DNA from: Haliotis rufescens
Taxonomy: Eukaryota
Assembly: GCF_023055435.1 (NCBI RefSeq)
Contig: NW_025963879.1
Location: forward strand, 19,096,001 to 19,160,000
DNA: 64,000 nt
Direction of reading: 5' to 3'
Under the pieces are notes generated by a model that did not search any database, was not told the origin of the DNA, and was given only the letters and a program-made list of their open reading frames with translations. The position numbers and the translations under genes are program-made. Position 1 is the first letter of the stretch; each line of letters starts with the position of its first letter. Shown here piece by piece: positions 24,235 to 37,313 of this stretch.

Positions 24235-24370
24235 ATATTTCCTCAGAATCCCCAAGGAGGACAAGCTTGGGGTACTGGGGACATATTTCCTCAGAATCCC
24301 CTAGGAGGACAAGCTTGGGGTACTGGGGACATATTTCTTCAGAATCTCCAAGGAGGGGTACTGGGGACTT
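24235..24370. repeat. 48-bp tandem repeat, ~2.7 copies, with degenerate copies to ~24510
   Basis: Unit ATATTTCCTCAGAATCCCCAAGGAGGACAAGCTTGGGGTACTGGGGAC. Confidence 0.9.
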
Positions 24371-24933
24371 TTTCTGTAACTTGATAGTACTGGAGGACTA
24401 GCATTGGATACTGGGGATTCTGGAATCTCACAGAGTACATTGTTGGGCACTGGGGACCTTTCTGCCATGAAGTCCTCATGGAGGACAAGCTTTGGGTAAT
24501 GAAGGGACTGCTATGTCTGCCTATGGATTTACTCATGATTATGCTGACTGCCGTGCCTGAAGACTTCTAGAATGGAATGCTACATCAACCAAACAATTAG
24601 GAAATAAATTACTTGATTATTAGAAGTATTCTTCAGAACACTCATATGTGCATCTGATGAATGTTGAATGGCAGTTAGTCTGTGAACATCACATTCAGGC
24701 CCCAGACAGCTATAAATGGGGGCAATCTAATTAGGGCTTGGACTTGCAGGATGGGGAACAATGGATGAGGTAATGAAAAGTATATGAACCTCCTTCCAAG
24801 TGGAGCAGCGATATTAGACCTGGAACTGAAACAATTATTTTGGTTCTTTTGAAGTTAAAATTGAACAACATCCATAATTATCAGGTAATTACAGTTGTAT
24901 TAATTTTGACCTGTTTCCGCTATATGCTCCCAT

Positions 24934-25097
24934 GGTGGTGGGTTTGCTGAGTGGTTAAAGCTTTTGCTTGTCACACCAAAGAACCAGGTTCGATTCCCCA
25001 CATGGGTACAATGTGTGAAGCCCAGTTCAGGTGTCCTCCACTGTAATATTGCTGGGATATTACAAAGAGCAGTGTAAAACCATACCAACTCACTCAC
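24934..25097 (+). mobile_element. SINE family A, diverged
   Basis: GTGGTTAAAGC...GGTTCGATTCCCCACATGGGTACAATGTGTGAAGCCC...ACTCACTCAC. Confidence 0.85.
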
Positions 25098-25247
25098 AGT
25101 TAATTAGGTAACCAATAGCAAGTTATATCTATGTCAAGTTTTGTCCCATAATCAAATGCAAAGAAATGTTACAATACTTTCAGTGAAAACTTCTCGGGGA
25201 ACAAAAGATATATCATAATAAGCAGAGTGCCAAGTTTAGAACTTATA

Positions 25248-25462
25248 CCGTATTAAGCGCCCCGCTCTAATAAGCGCCCACAGCAGTATTTGCTGATATA
25301 ATGGCAAGTGAACAATCCAAATTAGCACCCCGATCGATCCGATTGATCAATGTTCACAAGACTTATTTATTCGCACTCGTTTTTCACCAAAATAATATTC
25401 TATTAAGAGCCCCCTATTTCTAATTTTGAGAGCGCCCTGGGTGCTTAATACGTTGAATACGG
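25248..25462. mobile_element. Tc2-like MITE family A, internally deleted
   Basis: TA|CCGTATT...GTTGAATACGG|TA. Confidence 0.85.
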
Positions 25463-26534
25463 TAGTTATTTAAGAATTGATACTACATGGATTTACACAG
25501 TGAACACACCTACTTTTAAGTTTATACCTCCATAAAAGTACAAATAATTTTGAAGTCACTTCTTATAAGTAAACATGTCAACAATAATAACGTCACAGAC
25601 TGTTTATTTAATGAACACACAAAATCTGGAGCACAGTAAACCACAATACTAAAAAAGTCCTAAAATATTAAGATTATCTGAACAATAGCTAAAAGCTGCT
25701 TGGTTAGACAACCAAGTGCCATGGAATCACTTGCAATTTGTTCATATTCTCTTAAACAGGAAGCGTTCTTTCCCATCGTAAACGAATCAGGTGCTGCCTT
25801 TTGACTAGACAGTAGACTTTTGGCTTGTTCTTTGAAGAGTTTGAATGATTCAACAATTTTTTTATTTTTTTTGTCAATTTAACAGAAAAATATATGGAAG
25901 ATTAAGAACAGATGATACCTATATTTAGAGAGCAGATGAATCATTAATCACTGAAGTCAATGGTTTTTCAAATTTATAAAAAATGAATCAATGTCGTTAA
26001 TTTGTTTCTTCTTAAAAAGGTATTCTGTATTTGTGTTTCAACATAGGCATAACTGGCGAGGCACCAGACATGAAAGAGGTAGATTAGCAGCTCTAAGTGT
26101 TTCATCACTTCCTGGCCTGTCTGACTATAATTGCTGCTTCAGCTAGAGGTGGCCATTACAGCCTTCTTGATAGTGTTTGCAGAATCAATAAATTTGACAA
26201 CCATGATCCTCATCCTCTCCACCTGGGCCTTAACCCTCGGATTTAGTCATCAATTTTCAAATTCATCCATGTAAAGAGAATATTCTCCATATTCTAGAAA
26301 AACTTTGACATCAATTTTCTCGGTTGCAGGTTTATGATGATGAGACCAGGAGGCTGTCACATGTATTAGCTTTTTTCATAAACTCTATCATTTTCAGTAT
26401 TCAAACTCTAAGAAGGAAATTTTCTGCTAAACCAAAAAAAATTAATAAAGATCATCGAGTTCATCTTGTACTATTTTTGGCATGGGGCAAATTTGTAAAT
26501 TGTCAAAGGAAATCTGCATCCATGATGTACTTGT

Positions 26535-27736
26535 GATCAGGCATGAGATAACTTGTGTGCATTCCTGGCCTGAATGAGTCCATGGTGTGTACCCCTATCA
26601 GGCATTGGATAACTTGTGTGCATTCCTGGCCTGAATGAGTCCACGGTGTGTACCCCTATCAAGCATTAGATGACTTGTGTGCATTCCCGGCATGAATGAG
26701 TCCATGGTGTGTACCCCTATCAGGCATTAGATAACTTGTGTGCATTCCTGGCCTGAATGAGTCCATGGTGTGTACCCCTATCAAGCATTAGATGACTTGT
26801 GTGCATTCCCGGCATGAATGAGTCCATGGTGTGTACCCCTATCAGGCATTAGATGACTTGTGTGCATTCCCGGCCTGTATGAGTCCACGGTGTGTACCCC
26901 TATCAGGCATTAGACGACTTGTGTGCATTCCTGGCCTGTATGAGTCCATGGTGTGTACCCCTATCAAGCATTAGATGACTTGTGTGCATTCCCGGCCTGT
27001 ATGAGTCCATGGTGTGTACCCCTACCAGGCATTAGATGACTTGTGTGCATTCCCGGCCTGAATGAGTCCATGGTGTGTACCCCTATCAGGCATTAGATGA
27101 CTTGTGTGCATTCCTGGCCTGAATGAGTCCATGGTGTGTACCCCTATCAGGCATTAGATAACTTGTGTGCATTCCTGGCCTGAATGAGTCCATGGTGTGT
27201 ACCCCTATCAAGCATTAGATGACTTGTGTGCATTCCCGGCATGAATGAGTCCATGGTGTGTACCCCTATCAGGCATTAGATGACTTGTGTGCATTCCCGG
27301 CATGAATGAGTCCATGGTGTATACCCCTATCAGGCATGAGATAACTTGTGTGCATTCCCGGCCTGAATGAGTCCAAGATATGTCCCCTTATCAAGCATTA
27401 GACGACTTGTGTGCATTCTTGGCCTGAATGAGTGCATTCTTGGCCTGAATGAGTCCAAGATATGTCCCCAATCAAGCATAAGACGACTTGTGTGCATTCC
27501 TGGCCTGAATGAGTCAAAGATATGTCCCCAATCAAGCATAAGACGACTTGTGTGCATTCTTGGCCTGAATGAGTCCAAGATATGTCCCCAATCAAGCATA
27601 AGACGACTTGTGTGCATTCTTTGCCTGAATTAGTCAAAGCATTAGACGACTTGTGTGCATTTTTGGCCTGAATGTGTTCAAGATATGTACCTCTATCAGG
27701 CATTAGGGATGACCTGTGTGCATTCTTGGCCTGAAT
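26535..27736. repeat. 61-bp minisatellite (60-bp variant at the 3' end), ~19 copies
   Basis: Unit ATCAGGCATTAGATGACTTGTGTGCATTCCCGGCCTGAATGAGTCCATGGTGTGTACCCCT. Confidence 0.97.
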
Positions 27737-28160
27737 GTTACTTTACCTGTGGTGATATTGCCACTAAACTTATCCCAGCTGTACTGCACCTGGCCACTGA
27801 TAATGAAATGGTTTCCATGAGGTTGTCATGATAAGGACAGCTCATTTCAGAAGAATTGGCATGTGTGCTATTTTAAGTAGTTTTGAGAATTGTTTTTGCA
27901 TGTCTCACCATCTATCAGTGGTTGTCATCCAATGGATGGACCGATCAATCATCCAGCTTAACCTGTTCGGAATATTTTTGTTTCTAAAACTTTACATGTA
28001 AAAGTTAATAATCTATTACTATGATGTCAGATTAATGGTTAAATGACATTTTCTACAGTTGATTATTTGCATGGATGACTAATTTTTATGCCCGTGTAAT
28101 GTACTTAATAACAGATTAATTATCAATTATATGATTGATGATGGGAACATTAGTTAGTTG

Positions 28161-28451
28161 GAGGGTGCGCGGGTGGCCCGGGTGGCCCAATCGTCTAAGG
28201 CGCCGCAATTCGCAGTGAAGAGTTGCATCCCTTGGGCACTCTAGAAACCTGTGATTGTGGGTTCCAATCCCGGTTCGCCCTGATTATGTTTCTAGGTTTG
28301 TCAGCACCATACCCGTGCTCGTGGGTTACACCGAAGTGGTAAACGTCTGAGACCTGCATTACCTCGGGCTTTCCTCCAACATTAAGCTGACACGCCGTGA
28401 TATAACTGTAATACTGTTAAAAACGGCGTTAAACCCAACTCACTCACTCAC
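28161..28451 (+). mobile_element. SINE family B, full length
   Basis: Colinear with 9502-9782; short GGGTGGCCC duplication in the head. Confidence 0.9.
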
Positions 28452-29199
28452 CTCAGGTATTAGTTTGAGAGAATCTGGCTGTGTCACCATGTATTTTTGT
28501 ATTTGCAGACTGAATACACCCACCATTGTATTTATGGTGCAATGTGATTGGTTCAAAATCATATATGTTATATGGGATTGGATCATAGAAATCTTTCAGT
28601 GCATATGAATCATTTTTTTAAATAAAACATTTTAAGCAAATGCTCTTGGTTCCAATTGAAATTCCCAGGCATAATATACTAAATAACAACCACATAATGT
28701 TTATTTTAATATTTGCATATTGATTCAGTAGGTTCCTGTCCTTCATTCTTGAGGAAATAATGCATGAAACAACAGCGTTCATGGTGATCTGTATTGGCTT
28801 TAGATACACCCACTAGAATTCCAAGGCAGAATAGGTCCCCAGTACCCAATTCTTGCCCTGAGATCTAACAAAGATGAAGATTGGTTGGCTGCAATGGTTG
28901 GTAATTGGGTGGTCACGGGATGGATGGTGTGTCTTATTGCACTGATAGTGTGGATTGGTGTTCATGCTATCAACCACTGGTTTGCCTGACAACTCTTAGT
29001 TGCTGGTATCCTCTGATCATGATCTTACCATTTATATCTGTGGGTTTCACCAAAGTGGTAAGTGTCTAATCTGTATCACTATTGACCTTCCTCACACAAT
29101 GAATAGACGTTGTTATTAATTGAATTAAAATTCCCACACTGTTTTGGCAGTCCTGATACATAAGATGGTACTCTATTGTAGTAATCGGGTACCTCTGCT

Positions 29200-29316
29200 C
29201 TCTGGTACTCTTATTAGGACTCTGGTACTCTGGGACTCTGGGACTCACCCTGGGACCCTGGGACCCTGGGACTCTGGGACTCACCCTGGGATTCTGGTAT
29301 TCAGGGACTCTGGAAC
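29200..29316. repeat. Degenerate 8-bp (GGGACTCT-like) repeat
   Basis: GGGACTCT, GGTACTCT and GGGACCCT units. Confidence 0.85.
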
Positions 29317-30939
29317 ACAAGTAGTTGGGGAGCCACAGTAATTTCTCTGTTCACCCCTTCGGCATACCAGAATCCTAAAATCAGAGGCTCCAATTCCAGA
29401 TTTGCCCTGATTAGGATTCTTGGTCTTGAAAAGACAAAATTTGTTTTATCACCAGTTCATTCTATTTTGAGATCCTCAACAACCTAAGATTGTTGTAAGA
29501 GGCGAATTAGTGGATCAGTTGGTCGAGCTCTGTGACTTACTATATTGCTGGAAGTCATCGTACCACGACTGCTTGGATTGTTGCTTATAATATCAAACAC
29601 TGGATTGACTTTTCTAGACTCAATTATTTACAGACTGCTGTCATATTGCTGGAATATTGCTGAGTGGGGTGTGTAAACAAAGAGCCCCAAAAATTGATAC
29701 CGGTGTATGAATTCTTCAATGGGGAGAAACATACCATCTCTGCCAGACAAATTTTGTTCATCTGTGTTCATGATGTCAAGAGGTCTTAACTTTAATTTCA
29801 TCTGCAATGAGTACAAGTAAGTACACCCTTTAGTGAGATTGTTTCAGTGCAAAGAAAGAACATGCTCAAAATTTAAAAATAACTGCATACAAATCTGTAA
29901 AACAGTTCACAAATTCAACAAATTCTTTATTCATGGGTTCAAAAATGTATGAATTCTCCATCTGCGAGGTATTTGATCAAATTTGCCATTGAATTTCTCT
30001 GTATGTTCCAACATGCCAAATGTCCATTTGTCTTCTTAGAATTACAATTTGCATGCCATTGCCAACATTATCAGTGTAGAAAGTAAGAATCTCCGCACCA
30101 AGTAGTGCAGCCTCATGAACCATGATTCCTACACTTCGAAGAAGGATGGAGAACTGTATTTGAGAATATTTCTCTCATTATCTTGGATGGAACCTCGTTT
30201 TAATGTCGACATCGTTATAGCTCTATTGCAGAGTATGGAGGGTCTTGTCTAATGAGCTTTTCACAGAGTTCTAGTGGAGGATATAACTCCTTTAGACATG
30301 CTAGGCATTTATTGCAGTGTCATTTGCCCCAAAAATTGCTTCTTTTACAGATTGGAGAAAGATCATTGAAAACTAAAGATTCTTTTAACAATGTTTTTAA
30401 GGCCGGAACTTAAAGGTCAGAACAGATTTAAATATCATCGGAAAATTGGGATTGGTTTAAAGGAAAATCATGACGATGTGTTAAAAATTTGAGTCATGTT
30501 TCATAAATATGCAAGTTTTATGTAAGGAACATGAAAATTCAATTGATGGTTGGTTGTTATTTTGTGAGATTTTCAGGTGTCATAGAATGGAATCATCAGC
30601 ACATTTAACCCAACACAGAGCCAGTAATAGACAGATTGATATAGTTTCCCAACAATTACTGTAAGAATAAAACCATGTCGGAAGGGTAACTGAATTCTCT
30701 CCAACTATTGATTTTCTACGGAAGAATCTCTTAAATACGATCAAGCCTGCAAACTTGGAACACTGTAGGGCAAATAATTTGTAATACTCACAAGAAATTT
30801 GTGGAGATTGAAGATGGAGACATACAGGATATCTCTGGGAATGATATGTTTCCCACTTATTGCTGGTCTTGTGGTCATTGAACATTTTACAACTCTTACT
30901 AATATGACTTTGGCTGCCGTCTACACCTCTGACCTATTA

Positions 30940-31206
30940 TTGTTTGTTTGTTTGTTGTTTAACGCCTCACTCAGCAATATTCCAGCTATATGACGGCAGT
31001 CTGTAATTTATCGAGTCTGGACCAGATAATGCAATGATTGACATCATGAGCATCGATCTACACAGTTGGGATACGATGACATGCATCAACCAAGTCAGCG
31101 AGCCTGACCACCAGATCCCGTCAGTTGCCTCTTACGACAAGCACAGTCACCTTTTATGGCAAGCAATGGTTGCTGAAGACCTATTCTACCTGGATCTTCA
31201 TTGGTC
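30940..31206 (-). mobile_element. Retroposon family C, full length, duplicated-hairpin subtype
   Basis: Colinear with 20712-20962; (AAAC)n-like tail. Confidence 0.88.
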
Positions 31207-31754
31207 TGCTTACCTATTAAATAACCTACCTTCACTTCAGATGAAGATCAGTTGTACTGTTCTCTTGTAAGGACCTTTCAGAATAGTACTAGTTTAGCAT
31301 TTTCCCAAACATTGTTTTTCCTTTGATGATATCAGGCACGTATCAGGATATGGGCCAAAAAATTGCTGCCTTTGATTGAAAAACTTTAATTTTCTTCAAG
31401 GTCAACAGGCAGAAGGAAGGCAAAACTTGACATGTTGTCATTTGTTTTGGGGGTATACATGTCTGAAGATAATTAGTTCAGTTTATTGTAAATATAAAAG
31501 TTAGTGCCAGAGAACAATCAGTCTAGAATATCTGTCAAAACAGCTTCCACTGGGTAAAGGCACAACCTTGCTAAAAAATTATATAAATGGCTCACCCAAA
31601 ATGGCAACAGATGTTACAAAAAATGGGGGGCACCTGCTTCTCACACAATTAGCATCAAGAGATAACGCCACATACTCCTGCCTGTTGGGATAGAGTCTGG
31701 ACCAGACAATCCAGTAATACAATAGTGCATTTTTGTTGAAACTAAAAATATGTT

Positions 31755-31962
31755 AGCTTTAAATTTCTTCTGATGGGTACTGAGCTTTGACTTCTTCAAT
31801 TTCTTCTGATGGGTACTGAGCTTTGAATTTCTTCTGATGGGTACTGAGCCTTGAATTTCTTCTGATGGGTACTGAGCTTTGAATTTCTCCTGATGGGTAC
31901 TGAGCTTTGAATTTCTTCTGATGGGTACTGAGCTTTGAATTTCTTCTGATGGGTACTGAGCT
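31755..31962. repeat. 28-bp minisatellite, ~7 copies
   Basis: Unit AATTTCTTCTGATGGGTACTGAGCTTTG. Confidence 0.95.
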
Positions 31963-33267
31963 GAGATTCTAAGAATCACCAAAGAAAGATGTTGGTTTTA
32001 TAAACACAGTGGAATGTGTTATCATTTATTTATTTATTTATTAAATGTTATTTATATTTAGTTTAAGCTATATGAAGGAGTCCCCTTCTCATAGAGTCCC
32101 CCGAGTTTCTTCAAAGTGTTTCTTTTGTGTTTCTGTACTACTTGAGCTCATATCCTGATATAACTGATGTACTGTTCCAAATGATTTTAACTCTGAAAAC
32201 ATACACTTGAATAGAAGGATCTCCTTCCAACCTTTGAAAGAACATTAATCAAAAGCTCATTCAAAATTTTAGAGTGGAAAATGAAACACTCTATAGAATA
32301 TTTGCGCATGTGTGTTGGCTTGGATGCCATGGCATTGCATTTATGCTTTGGATTGTTTTGTCAAGTCTTGGTGAGCATATTTGCTTTTTCTTATCAATAA
32401 AAACAACATTTGGAAAGATGCGTTATTGTTTGAAAAAAACGTAATTCCAAGTTTGGATGAGACAGACTTTTTTTTAAATGAACTTCTTTTTATTCTAGTG
32501 ATATCATCGTATTTTTTTCATCATAAATATAAAATCCCACTCAATAGAATGGTTTGTTGTGGCCTAAGACAGTTTTTGAACCGGCCTCATCATAAATTCC
32601 ATTCATCTAAAAGTATAACTTATTACATGAAACCAACAGAAATATTCTAGACATTTGTTGTAAAGGAGCAATTCAGGTTTGTATGACTGATTTGATATAA
32701 AAAAGATAAGAATCAAATGAGAAGCAAATTTATGACGTAAAATCTCACTTCATCATAAAGAGCTCCGTCTATGTTCCAGCTTCGGTCAGAGAATGTGAGA
32801 AAGTTGCTTCATGTAATACTAAAGTTCAAAATCATCAAATAGTTTTTATTGTAACACAGGTCTGACATCTCTATTTGGTGGACCACTAAAAATAAAATGA
32901 TTCCATTTTATTGATCAGTGGATAATTTTAATGGTGTAGGGTATTTTTTGAATCAGGAGTTACACACCAATTCTGTTTGTCTATTGATGTAAGTGTTGGT
33001 TTAAGATGAACAGTAAAATGAAGTAAGGGTTCCCCACAAACATTATTTACCGATAGTGACGGCCATTGAAACTTCTTCCAATTGGAACAGTGGCCATCTT
33101 CTTCGATAAATGATGTAGAATGGTCACCAAGGGGTTCTGGTGCACTGTGCACATACTGATCAATGCGTGTTGTTTTCCATCACTTTCCAAATCCACATTG
33201 AAGATCGTCTTTAGTCCCCAAATTCATCTGTCATGGAAACTTTTGGACCATGATGCACCATGATGTA

Positions 33268-33527
33268 CCATTGATGACATACTTCAGGCACCATTGAAGG
33301 ACTTCTGAAGGCACCATTGATGACACACTTCAGGGACTATTGATGACATACTTCAGGCAACATTGATGACATACTTCAGGCACCATTGATGACATACTTC
33401 AGGCAACATTGATGACATGCTGAAAGCACCATTGATGACATACTTCAGGCACCATTGATGACATACTTCAGGCACCATTGATAACATGCTGAAAGCACCA
33501 TTGATGATTCTTCAGGCACCATTGATG
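33268..33527. repeat. 23-bp minisatellite, ~11 copies
   Basis: Unit CACCATTGATGACATACTTCAGG. Confidence 0.93.
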
Positions 33528-33649
33528 CCATAGTGTGTTATGACAAGTTCCCTTGCATTGTTGACAATGTGACACACTAAGACAGATTTATAGTTTGTGT
33601 CCTTCCTACATGAGCTGATATGCTGGAATATGACTGAAATACTGTTTAA

Positions 33650-33884
33650 TGTGTGTGTGTGTGAGAGAGAGACAGACAGAGAGAGACACACAGAGGGAGA
33701 GACAGACAGACAGAAAGAGAGACAGATATACAGTGAGAGACAGACAGACAGTGAGTCAGACAGTGAGAGAGAGACACACATACAGAGACACACAGAGGGA
33801 GAGACAGACAGACAAACAGAGAGACAGATAGAGTGAGAGAGAGACAGACAGACAGAGACAGACACAGAGAGAGACAGAGAGAGA
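33650..33884. repeat. Compound (TG)n/(GA)n/(GACA)n microsatellite
   Basis: Visible directly; source of the low-complexity ORFs at 33512-33938. Confidence 0.95.
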
Positions 33885-35249
33885 TGAAAACAATGAAATG
33901 AAAACAATGAAAGTCTGCTTTTCAATTTCTTGAATCATCTTTCACAATGAACACCACACGTTCCACAGCATTAACACTGGTCATGATGTATGTCTTTTTA
34001 TCAAGGTATTGTCAGGACTTAATTTCCCTTGGACCTACTGTAGCTCACAATGTGGTATTGTGTTAATGATTCTTATTTCAGATTAATCTACCCTTAGATG
34101 TTGCCACATATCATTGTAATGTTAATGAACATCTGACGCTAGCAAGCTATTGAATCACCTGATGCAATAAATGAATATAGAATTTCAACTATCCTTTTGC
34201 CACCATGGAATTTTAATATAGTTGTAGAAATTGAAGAAATTTTTTCATTCTCAATACATTCATGTTCTAAATTCCTCAATATTATATGCACAACCCAAGA
34301 GTCAAAGTGTTCAGGTATATCCATTTCTACTGAATATGTTATGACCTTTCATCTATCAGCACCTCAGTTTTTCTGACACACCAAAACCTTAACAGAAGTT
34401 CTCTACACAGTCAGCTATCCTTAATAGGCTTCCACTGCCTAATGGTCTTGTGCAGGGGCAAGGCGGAAAACACCATTTCTTTCCTGTGCGTTTGAGAGTC
34501 AACATCTAATTTTTCTGGCACACTTTGGTAGTTTTTCATACTGTAGTTAATCAATGTTTTCTATTAAACTTTAATACATACTGGCAGTATAGAGAGCAAA
34601 CTTTATTTAGAAAACCGACAACATCTTAAAGACGATTCGATGAAATAAATGTTTTGCTATCTGTATGTCTTCAATCAGGTTACCACACATGACACTGCAT
34701 GTGATTGACAAATGTTCATATTTAACTATACTCAAAAGTTCAGACACAAAGAAAAGATTTCATGCAAGGTCTGAGAATGTCAAGTCAGATGGTTGAAATA
34801 GTTTCAGTGTTGTTGATGTCTTGCATCTAGAATCATCTAAAAAAGGAAAGAAAAGTCAAGTATTTGAATGGATGTAGCCTGTCATGAAAACACTCGAGTA
34901 TAATATGCACCCCCTTTGTTGGGTACGAGTGTCAGTAATACCTTGAATAGGAAAAACAAAAAACAACTCATTGCCTGCATGTATTTTGCACACATTCTCT
35001 CCGCAACTGTAATTAATTTTGAAAAAAGTGTGCACTATACATAAGAAAATAGGGTAAGAAAGTCAAGTTTACATGCCGCAGCTTAATTGTCATGAAAACA
35101 CTTGAGTTCCGATCCATGTGCCATGTTGTGATTAAAACATGCTTCTTGGTAGGAACTTCCTGAAGGTGTCCTTCAAACCTGCTCCTGCTGCAATATGTGG
35201 GCGTTCCGAGATGCCTCCAGCACCACACATCTAATACCAACACTAGACA

Positions 35250-35600
35250 CTTACCACTTAACGCCAGGATGACCGTCACAGGTGTCCGGACAACAGATTG
35301 TAGGAGTTGTGAAGATGGAACATGGTTTGAGGCACGATATCCTCACTTGAAGACATGTTGACATGGAACTACGTACGCCATATACCTCGGGCAAGCAGGA
35401 TAATTTGGAACATTTGTAGTGTCTCCTCACTTTTTATCCCCATTGGGATTTCGTAAAAGAAGAACGAGGACTCCGATGGTACCCAGTCTCTGGCAAAATG
35501 CTATTTTGGTAGTTCACATATAAGCCAATGCCACTTCTGACCACACACTTGTCTCCGAAAGATATCATGATTTGCCAAACCTTCAAATATTCTTCTTGTT
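35250..35600 (-). pseudogene. Possible decayed L1/Tx1-like ORF2 C-terminus
   Basis: One minus frame reads NHDIFRRQVCGQKWHWLICEL...SFFFYEIP...IILLARGIWRT*, resembling the H-x-F...W...LA-x-x-IW-x-x-R pattern after the zinc knuckle. Contains stops. Confidence 0.33.
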
Positions 35601-35611
35601 TCTGTGTCTTT

Positions 35612-36025
35612 TAGGGCTGGGACGAGTCCAAATTTACGACCCGGGTACCCACCCACCTATTCCCTGACCGTGACCCGGGTACCCGCTAGAGGTCTCAAGA
35701 GATAGGTACAAAATGTCTGATTGGGAATAGTTTGACTGTAGCCCTGGACAAAATGTATTTAGATACACATATAAATCAATCTGGTCATGCATACACTGAA
35801 GTTGACTGAAGTTTTATCTTCATTCAAACATATAAAAGTCTGCGTGCATAGTCAGAAAGAAATGTGAACATTAGTGACTTGTAGTGTAACCATATTGTTC
35901 AAGATCATTTTTGACATTAAACATATATCACATGACCAACCACGGGTCCGGGGAGTTCTGTGAGTACCCGGGTTCTACTCAGTACCCACCCGACCTTGGT
36001 ATCCGACTTACCCGTCCCAGTCCTA
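35612..36025. mobile_element. hAT-like MITE
   Basis: TAGGGCTGGGACGAGT...ACCCGTCCCAGTCCTA TIRs, subterminal ACCCGGGTACCC-like motifs, 8-bp flanks GTGTCTTT/GTGACGTT (6/8). Confidence 0.8.
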
Positions 36026-36173
36026 GTGACGTTGATAGCCGAGCTAAAACTAACTCCTCACACCCAATACTCAGGTTCGATTTCCCATATGTACCATGTC
36101 TGAAGTTTATTGTGGGTTTCCTTTTCCATGGTGTTGCTGGAATGTTTCTGAAAGTGTCGTAAAACCTCATGTC

Positions 36174-36318
36174 TTAGTGGGGTAGCCTAGTTGCCAAAGT
36201 GTTCACTCATCAAACTAAAGGACTGGGTTTGATTCCCAACATGGGAACAATGTGTGAAGCCCATTTATGGTGTACCTGCCATGATATTGCTGGATAAAAC
36301 TGTTCTCACTCACTCATA
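36174..36318 (+). mobile_element. SINE family A, older copy
   Basis: GGGTAGCCTAGTTG...GGTTTGATTCCCAACATGGGAACAATGTGTGAAGCCC. Confidence 0.82.
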
Positions 36319-36347
36319 CTCTGACTCACTTGGCCTCTTACACTAGA

Positions 36348-36507
36348 GGGCGGTCGGGTAGCCTAAGGGTTAAAGGGTTTGCTCCTCGCGCCGAAGACCC
36401 AGGTTCAATTCCCGACATGGGTACAATGTGTGAAGCCCATTTCTGGTGTCCCCCGCCATGATATTGCTAGAATATTGCTAAAAGGGGCGTAAAACCATAC
36501 TCACTCA
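36348..36507 (+). mobile_element. SINE family A, young copy
   Basis: A and B boxes present; 13-bp TSD CTCTTAC(A/T)CTAGA at 36335-36347 and 36508-36520. Confidence 0.92.
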
Positions 36508-36711
36508 CTCTTACTCTAGACAAGCGGATTGGACGTCTCGGTTCCCTGACAACAGGGATTTTTACTCTGACTTTTGACTACTGGTTTGTCAGGTCCTAAC
36601 TCAATTACTTTGAAAGCTACTATGAAGTTATTCACTCTCAGTTTTAAGTTCATGTATTTTAGAAAACTAAGAATCATTGTATTTGCTGAAGATTGGGGTG
36701 AATGTGTAGTG

Positions 36712-37313
36712 CAATCTCATTAAAATCAGATCTTAGTACTTGCTATCGCTAAACAAATATCTGAGGACATCCCATTACGGGTCATGTCAGAATGACCTTT
36801 CATCCAACCAATCAAAGGGTCGCTTACCAGATCATGAAAGTGACAGTCGGAATGTGTTTTCTCATCATGCAACCTCGAAAACATTAACACGGGGTATTCC
36901 GAACGACCTTTATGGCTTGTACGACTGATTCCGTCAAAATTATGGTCTATCTCTCGCTTCTGTGGGATAAACATTTGAACGGAGGAGGCGTTGCACAGTA
37001 CATGGGAAGTACTGTCATACAATCTCAACCATATAGATCTAATAGACATTCCGGAATGTTTGTATGTTCAGTTTTTAAAATTTTAATTGAGAACTGTGTC
37101 AACATATTTTTCAAGCGTTGTCTGAAATGGAAGTCGCCAGGTTGAAACGAGTACCGTAAAGCTCAAGAAAACTGCTTTCTAATTGGCTGATGTTTGTCAT
37201 TTCAGTGGTCAGTCAAAGTTCGTGAAAGGTCGTTCTGACGTGACCCGTAAAGGGATGTCCTCAGATCTTTGTTTAGCGGCAGCGAGAACTTAGGTCTGAT
37301 TTTAATGAGATTG
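36712..37313. mobile_element. MULE/Mutator-like MITE, 602 bp
   Basis: ~90-bp TIRs (CAATCTCATTAAAATCAGA...TCTGATTTTAATGAGATTG) and a perfect 10-bp TSD ATGTGTAGTG at 36702-36711 and 37314-37323. Confidence 0.88.

Noticed and set aside
23643-24401. 252-aa Cys/Pro-rich ORF
   Set aside because: Spans two tandem repeats; the same peptides appear in all three frames because unit lengths are not multiples of three.
32760-33240. Possible LINE remnants here and at ~22300-22830
   Set aside because: No diagnostic endonuclease, RT or zinc-knuckle motif could be read.
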